Shown one piece after another: positions 1 to 15,699 of a stretch of 64,000 nt of DNA (within the stretch, counting starts at the first letter, position 1; each line of letters begins with the position of its first letter). The DNA comes from Octopus vulgaris (taxonomy: Eukaryota): the NCBI GenBank assembly GCA_951406725.2, contig OX597824.1, forward strand, positions 91,450,001 through 91,514,000. The letters are read 5' to 3'. The position numbers were made by a program, and so were the translations under genes. A model generated the notes under the pieces. The model was not told the origin of the DNA, ran no database searches, and saw only the letters and a program-made list of their open reading frames with translations.

Positions 1-605
1 ATGTATGTATGTATGTATGTATGTATGTATGTATGTATGTATGGTTACACAGTCATATATGGCTATTGTATAGCGAGGAGATCATTTGGCACTTATATTG
101 AAAGGTTCGACCATTTCCAACTTCGGCTAAAAAAAAGTTCACGATTTACCGTTCCATTTCCTTTGTCTGCTGGCAGAATTTTGATGTGCTGTCAACTTGA
201 AGGAACTTCATGGAATTTCTGGCCTCCTTGAAGCTATTTGGTCGGAAGAAGGTTTGGTTTTCGTTTAGTACAGTCCGCACTTTCTGTGTTAACTCGTCTC
301 ACTCAGCCTTTCTCTCCTTATTTCAAACCCGCTGATGAAGACAATGGTATTGGAGTGAAGAATTACATTCATTGTAATAGCGAAAGCCAGCCCTTTGTTT
401 CCTTAGACTCAATAGTGATTCTTTAGATTTAGTCTCTATTTATATTTGCTACCCTTTACAGACCGTGATGGAATAAGCTATTGGGTTGGTGCATAATTAT
501 TGCGGCCTGTTTTCAACAAATTTTATTCAACAAAAACAATAAAAACATATAGCAAAACATCTTTAAGTGATTATTCCGAAGCATATTCACCATCTACTTC
601 AATTA

Positions 606-918
606 GGCGCAGGACTGGCTGTGTGGTAAGTAGCTTGCTTACCAACCACCTGGTTCCGGGTTCAGTCCCACTGCGTGGCACCTTACGCAAATGTCGGGCT
701 AACCAAAGCCTTGTGAGTGGATTTGGTCGACAGAAGTTGAAAAGAAGCCCGTCGTATATATGTATATTTATATATATGTGCGTGCGTGTGTGTGTATGTG
801 TGTGTGTGTGTCTGTGTTTGTCGCCCCAACATCGCCTGACAACCGATGCTGGTGTGTTTAGGTCCCCGTAACTTAGCGATACGGCAAAATAGACCGATAC
901 ATTAAGTACTAGGCTTAC
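606..918 (+). mobile_element. tRNA-derived SINE, family 1 (central microsatellite)
   Basis: A-box-like tggctgtgtggt and B-box-like ggttcagtccc, with many copies in the window. Confidence 0.8.
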
Positions 919-2608
919 TACATAGTTGTTCAAATGCATGCCTTTGGCCCTTGTGAGCTTTTCTCAGCTCAATTTTACTTAAATTATGCAAATTACCTAT
1001 ACAACAAATGTGCTCTACTCCTTTTTTGTGTAAGTCTAAGTCCCTTGGCTACTGGAAATAAAGTCAGAAAACTGCCGTGCTAATGACGGTTATTGAGCCA
1101 GAAACACATATTTTCGACTCTCCTCTTATCTCCAAACAAAAAGCATGTCAACTTTGGAAAAAATTTGTATTTTGTGATTATCTCCCCTTCTCAAGTGGAA
1201 CCTGTCTTGCCGTTTGTTTATTATGATACATCGTTTAGAGGCAAAAAATAATTTTAATAAGTCTAGAATTTATGTTGTATGGTATTTGATATGACTGTAT
1301 TCATGAATGTTATAAACGTATTCAATCGGTCTTTTGTACTACGTCTGTCACCTTCAACAGTTCTGTAATATTACAAGATTAATGAAGGTGAGGTGAACGA
1401 AAGGACCGGTTATTAGAAATTAGCGCCCAGTAGCGTGTTTATGTATCTTGTCTGGAAATTACTGCGGGTTATCTGTGTAAACGAAACTGTTTGATCATCT
1501 CTTGTATAATGAGATGTTGTCAGTGGAACGGAAAGTCGGCATGAATGAGAAGCTGAGATAAGAAAATTATCGTTTATCAAATGACAGATACTTTATAACA
1601 AATTTCTTGGCAGCCATTAAAGGAATATACGTATATTTTATACATGTTTTAAAGTTTTACATGTACCATTAGAGGACAGTGAGTCCTAGTATGGCCGCTA
1701 CTTATTCGTGTGTGCGCACACATAGGCACACATATGCACACACACACACACCGGTGAGCTGGCAGAATCATTAGCGCGCTGGACAAAATGCTACGCGGCG
1801 TTTCGTCAGTCCTCCCGTTCTGAGTTCAAATTCCACCGAAGTCGACTTCTCCTTTCATCTTTTCGGTGGCCGATAAATAAGGTACCAATTTCACTTACCC
1901 CTTCCCGTAAAATCAGGCCTCGTGCCTATTATAGAAAGGATTTTACTTAAGAGGGACAAGGTAGCGAACTGGCTGAACCGTTAGCACGCCGGACAAAATG
2001 CTTAGCGGCAAGATGCTTAGGGTCATGATTTAAAGATAGACGATATTCCGTGTGAAAGGACGGTTGGATTGTAAAAATTAATTCAAATGCCTATGTATTA
2101 TGAACGTGAGCTTCTAGAATTTGAAGGCCTGTCACCGCCTACTAGTACCAAACTAAGATGGTGGTGTTGTACGTCTGTTAGATTAACCTGTCGTCTGCTG
2201 CCTACACTTATCGTCTGCTTTCCATTTTCATTCCATTCAAATAATTTAAACCACCAACCACTATATATGTATATATAGTAATAGTTACAATATTCCTTGG
2301 TTGGAATTTATAAATATTTAATTCGTCGCTACACGCGTTTCCACAAATCGCGTGTCTTCAGATCACGGTCCGCATTGCTGGGACTATTAGAGTGCTGTCC
2401 GTAGTATCCCGTGGGCATCAGGTTAATCATCTTCACCGATTCATTTCTTCAGGTGATATAACATCAATGAATGTATACCAGAGGGATATTTATCCCTTAG
2501 GAGCGTGCTATTGCCAGAAGTCATTTGCTCAAGATGCCGTGCAGTGAGACTGCCCCCGAAGACATGTGGCTGGGAAGCAAATTTCTTTCCACACAGCCCC
2601 ACGCCCTG

Positions 2609-3162
<554 letters not shown>

Positions 3163-3948
3163 GTATGTATGTTGGAAAAATGTAAAAAAGAATTTATAAA
3201 TTGAAAAGATTCAGTCGCAACAAACTGGTTGGAACCGTTGTTAAAAGTGTGCTACTCCTTAGAAGCCATCATTCCGCTTCCTATCATACGTCACTCCGTT
3301 CCCCATTACCTCCACTCACTTACAAATATCCACAACCACAATGTCAATCTTTATATGTTGCCCATTAACTCTTCACTCCACCTTCATAAGAAGTGCTTCC
3401 ACATCAACGCGTTCTAAAATCCAAACGAAAATTGATAAAATTGACTGAGGCAGACAACAGCAGCAAACGATAAAGCAGACGATAAAAGCTGCAACCTTTT
3501 AACGAAGTTGCAATTCCTTCTATTTAAGTTTGTCAAAATCATCATATTTTACTGAAATTCTCGCCTAGTTTCGTTGAGTTGTTGAAATTCTTTAAAGGTC
3601 GTAGCCGCCGTAAAGTTTGTTGAATATTTCATTGGTATAGTGTATAGTTGTCTGTCAAAATGGCTTTATTCAGAAATGGAGGAGACTTGTTACTAGAATT
3701 ATGAATAGTTTGTCATTAGACCTAAATAGTTACGCGGATAGATGCTATAAGTGGCTAGATTGACATACATATGCATGGCTAGCTAAATGTACAAGAAGAC
3801 AGCTAGATATACAGAATGATCGCTTGATATTGGATAAACGACTCAGACGTTGGTTGGATAAATGATTAAATATAAGAATATATATTTAAAGATATACAAA
3901 TAATGTAGCTGGCTAACAAATATACAATTCGTATGGCCCCTTCAGAAT

Positions 3949-4026
<78 letters not shown>

Positions 4027-4224
4027 GATCTATCTATCGTCTCTTGAAAGACATACAGATAGAAGGTGAGAGCGAGGGACCAAGAGTGTTGATGAATGCC
4101 GAGTTAAATAAGACGGAAGGATGAAAGACAAATGTATAAAACGGCAGACAAATGATATATAGCGCGATGGACAGAAGGCAAATATATCTATACAAACACT
4201 AACGCACGAACACACATACCTGTA

Positions 4225-4270
<46 letters not shown>

Positions 4271-4363
4271 TGTATGTATGTATATATAATATAATATATA
4301 TATGTATATATAATATATATATATATGTAATATATATATATGTATATACATATGTATATATAT

Positions 4364-4417
<54 letters not shown>

Positions 4418-4549
4418 CATAGATACGAATACATATGTGTGCGAGCGTGTGCAGTGCGCACGCACTGTATATTTGTGTATATATCTCTATATATGTATAT
4501 ATATACGCACTACACAAACACATACATACATATACACGCAGACACATTA

Positions 4550-4611
<62 letters not shown>

Positions 4612-5240
4612 ATGTATGTATGTATGCACACAAAAATAGAGAAAGCTAGTGAGAGAGGAAAAAGAGAGGGAGAAGTAAAAAAAAGAATGAAAGAAAGAGT
4701 AGTGTATAAAGAGTAGGTATAAATAAAGAGTAGTGTTAAGAGTGAGGAGCAATCAAGTGAGTGAAAGAAACGAATGAGAAAAGCGACGAAAGCGAGAAAG
4801 AAGCATGAAAGGCCGAAGGATTATGAGACGGCGGCGATGGCGGCGATGGGGCGGGCTGTTCCGAAATGGCGAAATAGTTGTTTATGTATGTGTGTGTGTG
4901 AGACAGACTGGAAGAAAAACGTCGGATTGGTCAAGTGGTCAGCGGTCAGAGTTGCTTAAATTGTTCGAATGAAATGAAAATGGAAAAAGCAGACGATAAG
5001 TGAAGTCAGCAGACGACAAGTAAAACAAACAGGCGTACAACACCACCATCTTTGTTTGATAGTGTTGTTGTTGTATGTTCTATTATCCAACACCAGCCAT
5101 CAAAGTTTAGACCAAAGTAAAGCACAATTTCCTTAAAAGCACGGCTGACTTTTGCATCAATTTTATCAGTGTACTCACATAGGTGTGTGTGCGTGTGGAT
5201 TTATGCCTATGGCTAAATATACACATATATCTATATAAAC

Positions 5241-5299
<59 letters not shown>

Positions 5300-5354
5300 T
5301 ATATAATACGTATATACAAATATATGCACACACACACGCACATAAATGCGCATG

Positions 5355-5385
<31 letters not shown>

Positions 5386-5433
5386 ACATATACATACATA
5401 TATATACATATATATACATATATATACAAATAC

Positions 5434-5477
<44 letters not shown>

Positions 5478-5731
5478 CTACATGTGTGTGTATACACACA
5501 TATACACTTTGATCTTAGCCCAAAGGCCAGTATACATATATATTTATTTGCAGCATTGTGTGTGTGTGTATTCGTCGCGCTAAGCATGTATTCAGAATGT
5601 GTGTGCGACTATGAATATACATACATACATACACACACATACACACACACACATATAGATACATATATACATACATGCATACATACATACATACGCATCT
5701 ATATACATGCAGCTCTATATAAACATACTCG

Positions 5732-5976
5732 AGTGGCTGTGTGGTAAGTAGCTTGTTTACCAACCACATAGTTCCGGGTTCAGTCCCACTGCGTGGCACC
5801 TTGGGCAAGTGTCTTCTACTACAACCTCGGGCCGACCAAAGCCTTGTGAGTGGATTTGGTAGACGGAAACTGAAAGAAGCCCGTCGTATGTATGTATATA
5901 TATATATGTGTGTGTGTCTGTGTGTGTATGTGTGTGTGTGTGTATTTATGTATGTATGTTTTTGTGTTTATGTTTG

Positions 5977-6026
<50 letters not shown>

Positions 6027-6360
6027 GATAGGCTTCTTTTAGTTTCCGTCAATCAAATCCACTCACAAGGCTTTGGTCGGCCCGAGGCTATAGAAGAGAC
6101 TTGTCTAAGGTCTCACGCAGAGGGACTGAACCCGGAACCATGTGGATGGTAAGCAAGCTACTTGTGTGTCTGTGTTTGTACCTCCACCATCGCTTGACAA
6201 CCGATGCTGGTATGTTTACGTCCCCTTAACGTAGCGGTTCGGATAAAGAGGCCGATAGAATAAGTCCTAGGCTTACAGAGAATACGTGGATGAATTGTTC
6301 GACAAAAGGCGGTGCTCCAGCATGGCTGCTGTCAAATGACTGAAGTAAATAAATAAAAGA
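5732..6360 (+). mobile_element. SINE family 1 with an inverted copy of its 5' half at 6028-6165
   Basis: Head 5732-5886, microsatellite, inverted head, then the normal 3' half. Confidence 0.8.
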
Positions 6361-6546
6361 ATTTATGTATATATTTAATATATTCATAATGCAAGCCTAC
6401 TTTTGTGTACAGGAGAACAAACATACACTTCAGTACGGCCATAAGTGCACATAGGAACCATGTGTATATATCAGTGTGTCGCTTCTGGTTTCGTCGATGT
6501 ATGTACATATATATAAGTGTCTATTTTAATGTGTGCGTACATATAG

Positions 6547-6604
<58 letters not shown>

Positions 6605-6779
6605 ACACGCAAACACACAGACAGACGTAAACACAAAAACACAGACACTCACAGACATACACACACATATATATATATATATATATACGTACATACATAC
6701 ATGCATGCACACATTGTTTGTGTGCATACATGTATAAATATATACTCGTGCATATATATATACGTGGATATATACATGG

Positions 6780-6849
<70 letters not shown>

Positions 6850-6923
6850 ACATACATACATATGCACAAGAGGCACATTATATATGTATGTATATATATA
6901 TATATGTCTATGTGTGTATATGC

Positions 6924-6968
<45 letters not shown>

Positions 6969-7614
6969 TGCCTACATATATAAAGAGATATATAAATGTA
7001 TAACGCCTGTGTGTGCGCGAGTTCGTAAACAATTTTTAACGCCTTTCAATTATGGCGCTTGAATGACGTACGACAGATTTAAGAAATTGTTAAGTCGATG
7101 GCTGACGGGGTGGTGGTGCTGGTGGTGCTGGTGGTGGTGGTGGTGGTGGTGGTGGTGATGGTAATGGCGCGAGGTGTTGTCGTGTGTGGAAGTGTTTGCG
7201 AGGTGGATGTGGAAATCGAACGGTTGGAAAGAAGCTTGAAGGTGTGTGTGTGTGTGTATGAGCAAAACAGGGCGGCGGGTAGGAGTTCAGTTCTGTAATA
7301 AACGATGGTGAGAATAGGTGTAAGGCTGGGTGGGGTGGGGGATCGGGATGTTGTTTCAAGAATGATGGATATGTTTGGAGGTTGAAGAAAAGGAAGAACT
7401 GTATCGAAATAGCGAGAAGATCGTGGTTTTGTTGATGGCGACGCCGTGTTTTGTGGCGATGGTTGGGTGGTGGTGGTTGTGCTGTTTCAGGTTGTAGCGG
7501 TAGTGGTGTAGCTGTTGTTGTTGTTGTGGTGGTGGTGGTGGTGGTAGTGGTGGTAGTGTTGGTGGTGACATAGTTTACTGGTTGTGTTGTACTTTAGCGA
7601 CGATGCTTAGATTT

Positions 7615-8145
7615 AGCGGTAGTGGTGGTGGTGGTGATGGTGGTGATTGTGGTGGTGATGGTGGTGATGGTAGTGCTGAAGGTGGTGGTGGTGGTGGTGG
7701 TGGTGGTGGCGGTGACGCTGGTGGTGATGATGGTGGTGGTTGCGGTGATGGTGGTGGTGGTGATGGTGGTGATGGTAGTGGTGATGGTGATGGTGGTGGT
7801 GGTGGTGGTGGCGGTGATGGTGATGGTGGTCATGCTGGTCATGCTGGTGGTGGTGATGATGACGGTGGTGGTGGGGATCGGGTTGATGGTGGTGATGGTG
7901 GTGGCGGTGATGGTGGTGGTGGTGGCGGCGGTGGTGGTGGTGGTGATGATGGCGGTGGTGGTGGTGATGGTGGTGGGGATGGTGGTGATGGTGGTGATGG
8001 TGGTCATGCTGGTGGTGGTGGTGATGGCATTGATGGTGATGGCTGTGGTGGTGGTGGTGATAGTGATGGTGGTGGTGGTGATGGCGGTTGTGGTGGTGGT
8101 GGGAATGGTGATGGTGGCCTACGGTATGGCGGCGGTGGTGTAGTT
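7615..8145. repeat. (GGT/GAT)n compound trinucleotide repeat
   Basis: Direct reading. Confidence 0.95.
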
Positions 8146-8559
8146 CAGTGATGGTGTTCTACTTTAGTGAATGGTGCGTGGTTTAGTGGTTAGGGTATTC
8201 AACGTAAAGGTCGTGAGTTCGATTCCCAGAAGTGCGTTGCGTCCTTGAGCAAGACACTTTATTTCACCTTGCCCCGACCCACTCAGCAATTCAAAAGGGG
8301 CCAGCCTTAGCACATTCTGTGGCACGCTGAATCTCAATGAGAACTACGTAAAGGGCACGCGTATCTGCGGAGTACTCAACCACTCGCAAGTTAACTTCAT
8401 GAGCTGGCTGTTCTATTGGTCCGATCACCTGGAACACTCATCGTCGACAACGACGGAGGGCCAGTTTTGTGCTTGTATTTTAGTGGTGTTCGTGATGTAG
8501 TGTAGTAAAGGTTGTAGCAGGGAAAAGGAAGTTTTGTGGTGTTGGCCACTCTCTTGGCC

Positions 8560-9200
8560 GTCACCTGAGCTGCAGAGCCAGATTCCATTGCTTCCTCTCA
8601 GTCCTTTGCTAATGCTAATCCCTTCCTAGTCTCTCTAGCCACTAAACCTGTGCTTATATCTAATAGACATAAATTTAATGGATTGCTTTAGCGCATACCA
8701 CCATTTGTTATTAATAACAGATCCGGTCTCTGTACTCCTTAATCGCCAAGAGGGACGTATTCAATTTCCAGTAGCCGGATCCTCTATTATATAACTTATC
8801 TATGTCGAGTGTACAGGTGACCCTTTTATGATCAGTGTAGCTGACCGGGAAAAACTGTGGACACCTAACAATATCCTTATTTGCTTTTCTAATTAACACC
8901 CTATCTAGGTATGACCTTAAAAAATCCATCGTTGTTTGACCATGTCCACAATGGAGCGTTCGGAAATTCCAGCCTATAAGGATCTGCTAGCTCAAAGCGT
9001 TTAAGCAGTTCCATGAAGCAAGTATTACCTCTTCTATCAGACCACGAGCCAACATAATCTACGCATGCCTCGCAGATTCTGTTATAGTCTCCTAGCACAA
9101 TCAGAGAATGTGATGTACCGGGATTCGTCTCCAGGTTCCGAAAATACTCATTCTGCCCGTTTTCAGTGGGTGCATAAATTGCAACCAGCCTGATAATCTT
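8560..9200 (-). mobile_element. Tx1/L1-clade LINE ORF2 fragment (APE endonuclease), frameshifted
   Basis: Motifs LGDYN, WTW, YLDRV, YTDH and GYWKLNTSLL across minus ORFs 8901-9098 and 8711-8929. Confidence 0.8.
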
Positions 9201-9301
9201 AATGTTGGTGTTATTCCCATGGTGCCATATATTTGGTTTTGTTCTAGAAAATGTTTAAGAAGCCATAAGAAAATTGTTTGTTTTAACGCTTGATTGGGCA
9301 G

Positions 9302-9787
<486 letters not shown>

Positions 9788-10172
9788 TCACTGCTTGGAA
9801 TCGAACTCGGAATCTTGGGGTTAGTAGCCCGCGCTCTTAGCCACTACGCCATGTGCATGTGGCGTTGTGTTAACAGCAAACAAGATGAGGACAAATATCC
9901 GTCAAATGTAAATATTGTAAGTATTCTGATGTTACAATTTTTATTCATTCCCGAACGTATTTTCCACGAAATGTTTTTTGTGTCTACCCATTGCATCGCG
10001 TAGGCTTAGAAATTGCTACTTTCATGCAGGAAACTGGTCGCGCTGCTTGTTTTTGTTGTTTCTGCTGGGGTTTTTTCTCACTTAATGATATGATAAAAAA
10101 TTAGAAAAGAAATATCGTGTTACAGGATTCTGCATTAGGGTAAGATTTTCAAGCACGCGAAGGATGCCTGCT

Positions 10173-10205
<33 letters not shown>

Positions 10206-10207
<2 letters not shown>

Positions 10208-10334
10208 CAATTGCAGCGTGGAAGGTATTTATAAGCCATTTAAGAAACACACAAAAGCCGTTCGATTCAGTGAATCAAACGGCTTTTGTGTGTTTCTTAA
10301 ATGGCTTACAAACACCTTCCACGCTGCAATTGTT
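10206..10334. repeat. Near-perfect palindrome, ~64-bp arms
   Basis: aacaattgcagcgtggaagg...gattca g tgaatc...ccttccacgctgcaattgtt, with 3 mismatches. Confidence 0.92.
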
Positions 10335-10386
10335 TTCGTTTCAGCACACGATCTCAGATCAAATTACTTGCTATGCGAGTACATCT

Positions 10387-10437
<51 letters not shown>

Positions 10438-10440
<3 letters not shown>

Positions 10441-10640
10441 AGAATTCACGAAAAAACAAAACAAAACAAAAGACGAAGACAGGTGGTGTAGAAAACAAAC
10501 TGATGTATTAGTATAACGCTCAGGAATAGAAAAAAGTCTTTTACGTTTCGAGCCTACGCTCTTCCACAGAAAGGAACACAGAAAAAAACAAGGAGAGAAA
10601 AAAATGTGTGTAGTGGCTACCGATCTATCATGGCGACTGC
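10438..10640 (-). mobile_element. ~200-bp TA-flanked element with hammerhead-like motif (subfamily A)
   Basis: Reverse-complement similarity to 25128-25323 and 55815-56004. Motif at 10538-10574 reads ccttt CTGTGGA agagcgtaggctc GAAA cg TA aaag on the minus strand. Confidence 0.7.
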
Positions 10641-10741
10641 CGGACACAAGTGTCACACAGGAGAACGAAGAAATAGGGGAGTGTATGTATAGGTGTGTGT
10701 GTGTATAAATAAGGAATTATATATATATATATATACACACA

Positions 10742-10955
10742 CGAGGGGGTGTTGAAAAGTTCGGGGCTTTAATGTTACCACGAATGGCCTGGCTGGAGGC
10801 CCAACATTCCGAGTTTTTTTACAGGGCTCAGAAAAACTGAAGGACCTCTGCTATAAGTGTGTGAATCTGAGAAGGGAATGTATTGAATAAAATCACAATA
10901 TATGATCCTCCTGTATTTTCTTTTACCCAAAGACAGGGACTTTTCAGCATCCTCT
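10742..10955 (+). mobile_element. Mariner-derived MITE
   Basis: Imperfect TIRs cgagggggtgttgaaaagttc / ggacttttcagcatcctc. A partial inverted copy lies at ~24990-25100. Confidence 0.6.
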
Positions 10956-11292
10956 GTGTGTGTGCGTGTGTGTGTGTATGTGTGTATGTATATGCTTACA
11001 CACGCACACATGCACAAACTCATATATATTCACTCACACGCATATATGTAAATCGATGTATACGTGTGTGTATGTGTGTGTGTGTGTTATGTCATTTGTC
11101 TCCACTAATAAATAGACTAAATAACATCGTGAATAAAAAAAAGTATATATATTATTTGACTAAAATCCTTTATCATGATGCACCAGCATGGCCGCACCCC
11201 TATGACTGTAACTAGGGAATATACATAAATACATAACATACATACATACATACATACATACATTAATACATATATATATCTATATATATCTA

Positions 11293-11416
<124 letters not shown>

Positions 11417-13245
11417 TACATACATCTCTCTCTGTAAGCGCATGTATCCGCGATTAATCCTGAAGCGCGAAGTGGTTGTGTTTTGTGATAAGGACTTTTA
11501 TGGGAATTGTATCATTCGACAGGAATGTAGTCATTTAGTATGTAGAGATAGATAGATAGATAGATAGAAAGAGAGAGATGGGTAGAGAGAGAGAGAGAGA
11601 GGGAGAGGGAGAGAGAGAGGGAGAGAGAGATGGAGAGAGAGAGAGAGAGAGAGGGAGAGAGAGGGAGAGAGAGAGAGAGGGGAGAGAGAGGGTGAAGAAA
11701 ACGTTTAGAGTTGTTTCTCGAACGAAAGCGATAAGAGAGGAGATAACAAAACAAACACCAACATCAAAAGCAGCACAATGGGCAAGGCAAAGAGCTTTAG
11801 TAAATATCTTTATGGCTGGCAAGTCTAAGGTTCGCGCTATCGGCAGATCAGTCTCAAAGTTTAAGTGTAAAACCAGTCATCGCTTCCATAATCGTCATTA
11901 ACAGCACCGTTTGCGGATGCAGCAGTCACCGCCGCCGCCACAACCACCACAACCACCACCATCAGCACAACAACCACCACCATCATCATCACCACCATCA
12001 GCACCACCACCACCACCACCAACACCACCACCACCACCACCACCACCACCACCACCACCACCACCGCCACCACCGCCACCACCATCACAAACACCACCAC
12101 CATCATCACCACCACCACCACCACCACCAATACTACTACTACTGGTTTCAAATTTTGGCCCAAGGCCAGCAGTTTTGTGGGTAGGGGGGAAGTCGGTTAC
12201 ATCGACCCAAGTACATGACGGGTACTTACTTTCTCGAACCCCGAAAGGACGAACGGTGATGTCGACCTCGATGGCATTTGAACTCAGAATGCAAAAAAAA
12301 AAAACGGTTCAAATAATATAACGGGTCTGCCAAACCGCCGCCACCTTTAAGCATTGCCTTTTTTTTATTGCTTTCTTAGGGTCTTTTTTTTCCGTTTTAT
12401 CGACAAAAGCTTGCCGATCTCATTCGGTCCCCATCAGGTCTTCGTCCTCTTACAAAAGTGGTGACCTCTTAGTTTCAGATGTTGTTACTGCTGTTTGTTT
12501 GTTGAGCGAAGCGGTCTTCGTCCCAGAGCTCGCAAGTAGTGAGAGAAGTCCGAAACGTGGTCCTTTGCTATTCGTAAGACCCGCAGAAGAGAAAGCAGGT
12601 CAAACCCCGGACACCGAGAGCATCTACGGATGGTTGAATGCGCATCCAGGCTCAGCGGTTGCGTAGGAAGTCGGGGACAAGAAACAGGAAGAAAGAGTGA
12701 GAGAAAGTTTGGAGCGAAAGAGTACAACAGGGGTCGCCACCACCCCCTGCCGGAGCCTCGTGGAGCTTTAGGCGTTTTCGCTCAATAAACACACACAACG
12801 CCCGGTCTGGGAATCGAAACCGCGATCCTACGACCGCTGTAGTAAGTGATCGTTATTGTAACCGCTGTTTGAAGCTGCACAAGACGTTTAGTAAAGAGTA
12901 TTTGGATCTAAGCTCCTGGCAATACGGGTGGGTAATTTTTCTTTTGACGAAAACGGAGTTGTACTCGGTGTCCTTAAAGAGGGCAACGTCCTTTATTATT
13001 TGCCTTTGTTGCTTCTGTTCTTTCAAATTTTCTCTACCGAAAACCCTTAGATGACTTTTACTGCCATATATACAGCAACTGGGTCTCTGTCTTGTATGCT
13101 GAGTTTCAAGGACTTCACAGTTCTACAATTGTTTTATAGTTTAGTGACGTCATTAGGAATCATGTACCCAGAGTGACCTCACATGGAAGCATAACATCAA
13201 AAGTTATAACAGTATTGGTCCCTTGCCTATATTGTGCTACGTTAA

Positions 13246-13660
13246 GGCGGTGAGCTGGCAGAAACGTTAGCACGCCGGGCGAAATGCTTAGCAGTATTTC
13301 GTCTGCCGTTACGTTCTGAGTTCAAATTCCGTCGAGGTCGACTTTGCTTTTCATCCTTTCGGGGTCGATAAATAAAGTACCAGTTACGCACTGGGGTCGA
13401 TGTAATCGGCTTAATCCGTTTGTCTGTCCTTGTTTGTCCCTTCTGTGTTTAACCCCTTGTTTGTAGTAAAGAACTAGGTATTTCACCTGCCGCTACATTC
13501 TGAGTTCAAAATACGCCGAGGTCGACTTTGCCTTTCATCCTTTAGGGGTCCATTAAATAAATACCAGTTACACACTGGGGTCGATATAATCGACTTAATC
13601 CCTTTGTCTGTCCTTGTTTGTCCCCTCTATGTTTGGCCCCTTGTGGGCAATAAAGAAATA
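13246..13660 (+). mobile_element. tRNA-derived SINE, family 2 (internally duplicated 3' module) with an 18-bp TSD
   Basis: ggcggtgagctggcagaa...gagttcaaattcc...gcctttcatcctttcggggtcgataaa. TSD tatattgtgctacgttaa at 13228-13245 and 13661-13678. Confidence 0.88.
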
Positions 13661-14398
13661 TATATTGTGCTACGTTAACGACAATTTTCGTTGCCAAAGC
13701 TCAATGTTATCACCGTTTCCCTTGATGGTGGCCCTTATATTTCTTCTTCCTGGAAATATCATGGAAACAATTTATGGCTATTATTGTGACAGGTTACTGA
13801 AGGCTGGTACCTGTACTGAGAACAAAATATTGCCAGGATTTAGCTTACGTTTATTTAAACTCAGGTGTGTTTTCTTTGAAAAAGCACTCGAAAAAAAAAA
13901 AAACATTGTGTTATTATTTGTTTGATTGTGGTTTGACACACTCCGAACAAGTATACAATTGTTGCTGTTGTTGTTGTTGTTGTTGTTGTTGTCGTCGTCA
14001 GCGTGTTATCTTTTAATTAATCTATCGGAATGTTATCGTTTTCTACCTTTTGCTTCATAAATATCAATTTACATTGTTTTCTGCTGGCTGGTGTCTTTTT
14101 CTTTTTTCTTTTTGCCTTGTTTAATTTAATCTTTCTGAAGGGCGTATCCTGGGGAGGAAGAAGTCATGTTTCGCTTTAGCGTTCGAAGGTAAAATAAAAT
14201 GGAAATATTTGGTTCTTTTTTTTTATTTTCAGAAAAGAAAATCGACAATATTAACTTCATTAAGGGGTAGACGTTCCAAAAATGTTTAATAAAAATTCTT
14301 CGTTGAAATAAAATCTCAACAGAAAGTATTTTTCTTTCATTTACTCTTGAGAATCGTCGAGCAAATTCGGAGAGAATTTTTTAACGTCTGCAGCAGCA

Positions 14399-14454
<56 letters not shown>

Positions 14455-14456
<2 letters not shown>

Positions 14457-14860
14457 TAAAGATCTTGAAATAGAAATAGAAATCAGCAAAATGTGGAACC
14501 TGAAAACTAAAACAATACCTGTTGTCATAGGCGCCCTGGGAATGATAGCAAAAGGGGCTGATTGCTACCTAACTCAAATACCAGGAAACCCCAAAATGGC
14601 AGAAATTCAAAAGATGGTGCTCATGGGAACTGCTCATATCCTACGCAAAATACTTTCTATGTAATCGCAAGTTTTAAAACAAGCATAATTTTCGTATGTT
14701 TTTTTAATTTCTTTTAGACATTCACTAGTACAACACAGAAAACCCCAAATATATGGCACACTAGGCATAACAACAACATGAACTTCCAACCTGTTGTCTC
14801 TTGAGGTCTCTGGGTTTAGACTTGGAGCCAACTTGTACAAATATAAAGCAAAAGTCAAAC

Positions 14861-14861
<1 letters not shown>
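14455..14861 (+). mobile_element. R4/Dong-clade LINE 3' end between (TAA)n tracts
   Basis: YKDLEIEIEISKMWNLKTKTIPVVIGALG...LMGTAHILRKILSM* (stop 14662-14664), then a 3' UTR and (TAA)n. Confidence 0.75.
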
Positions 14862-14941
<80 letters not shown>

Positions 14942-14967
14942 CAACAACAACAACAGCAATAATAATA

Positions 14968-14999
<32 letters not shown>

Positions 15000-15446
15000 A
15001 ATATTCTTCTCAATACCACAGATTTGCTTGTCAGTTGTTTGACCTTAACTAGTTGAGCATGTCCCTTGGTGGCTGACGATATGTGCATCTCTGATCACGA
15101 GCAGAAGTAGTGGGGGAGCATCATAGCCATGTGTTGAGAGGGATTCTTTGGGGTTTGAATAATTCACCTCTGGAAACATGGGTGGTTCGTTCAACATCCT
15201 TAAACAACCCTTATTCAGGGACCTTTTGAGCGGGATGGGTTACTCAACCTGAAGAAAATTCTAACTGGGCCCCACCTGCAAGGTCATGTGCTGTTTATCT
15301 TCATATGAGATCACCATGTCGCGCACATATGGTTGTGATGCATGTGCCTGGTGTACCCTTATCAGACGGGTAGTCATGATGGGTATACTGGGCTTCGTAT
15401 ATTTTACCCCAGTGTCACTTTGATGGCATGCACTGCTCTCTCACTC

Positions 15447-15513
<67 letters not shown>

Positions 15514-15517
15514 GTGG

Positions 15518-15569
<52 letters not shown>

Positions 15570-15612
15570 AATAATAATAATGATGATGATGATGATGATG
15601 ATGATAATAATG

Positions 15613-15666
<54 letters not shown>

Positions 15667-15699
15667 GTAACAATAAGGTTATATACACAAGGTATCGAA

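Noticed and set aside
325-401. CTGATGA...CGAAA as a hammerhead
   Set aside because: The core order fits, but U16.1 is missing and stem I does not pair. At most a decayed relic.
2326-2367. Minus-strand CTGAAGA cac..gtg GAAA cgcg T motif
   Set aside because: G sits at the cleavage position and stem I is poor. Possibly a decayed hammerhead, not counted.
7582-8151. Gly/Asp-rich 189-aa ORF as a structural protein
   Set aside because: It is a (GGT/GAT)n repeat open in several frames, like other trinucleotide tracts in the window.
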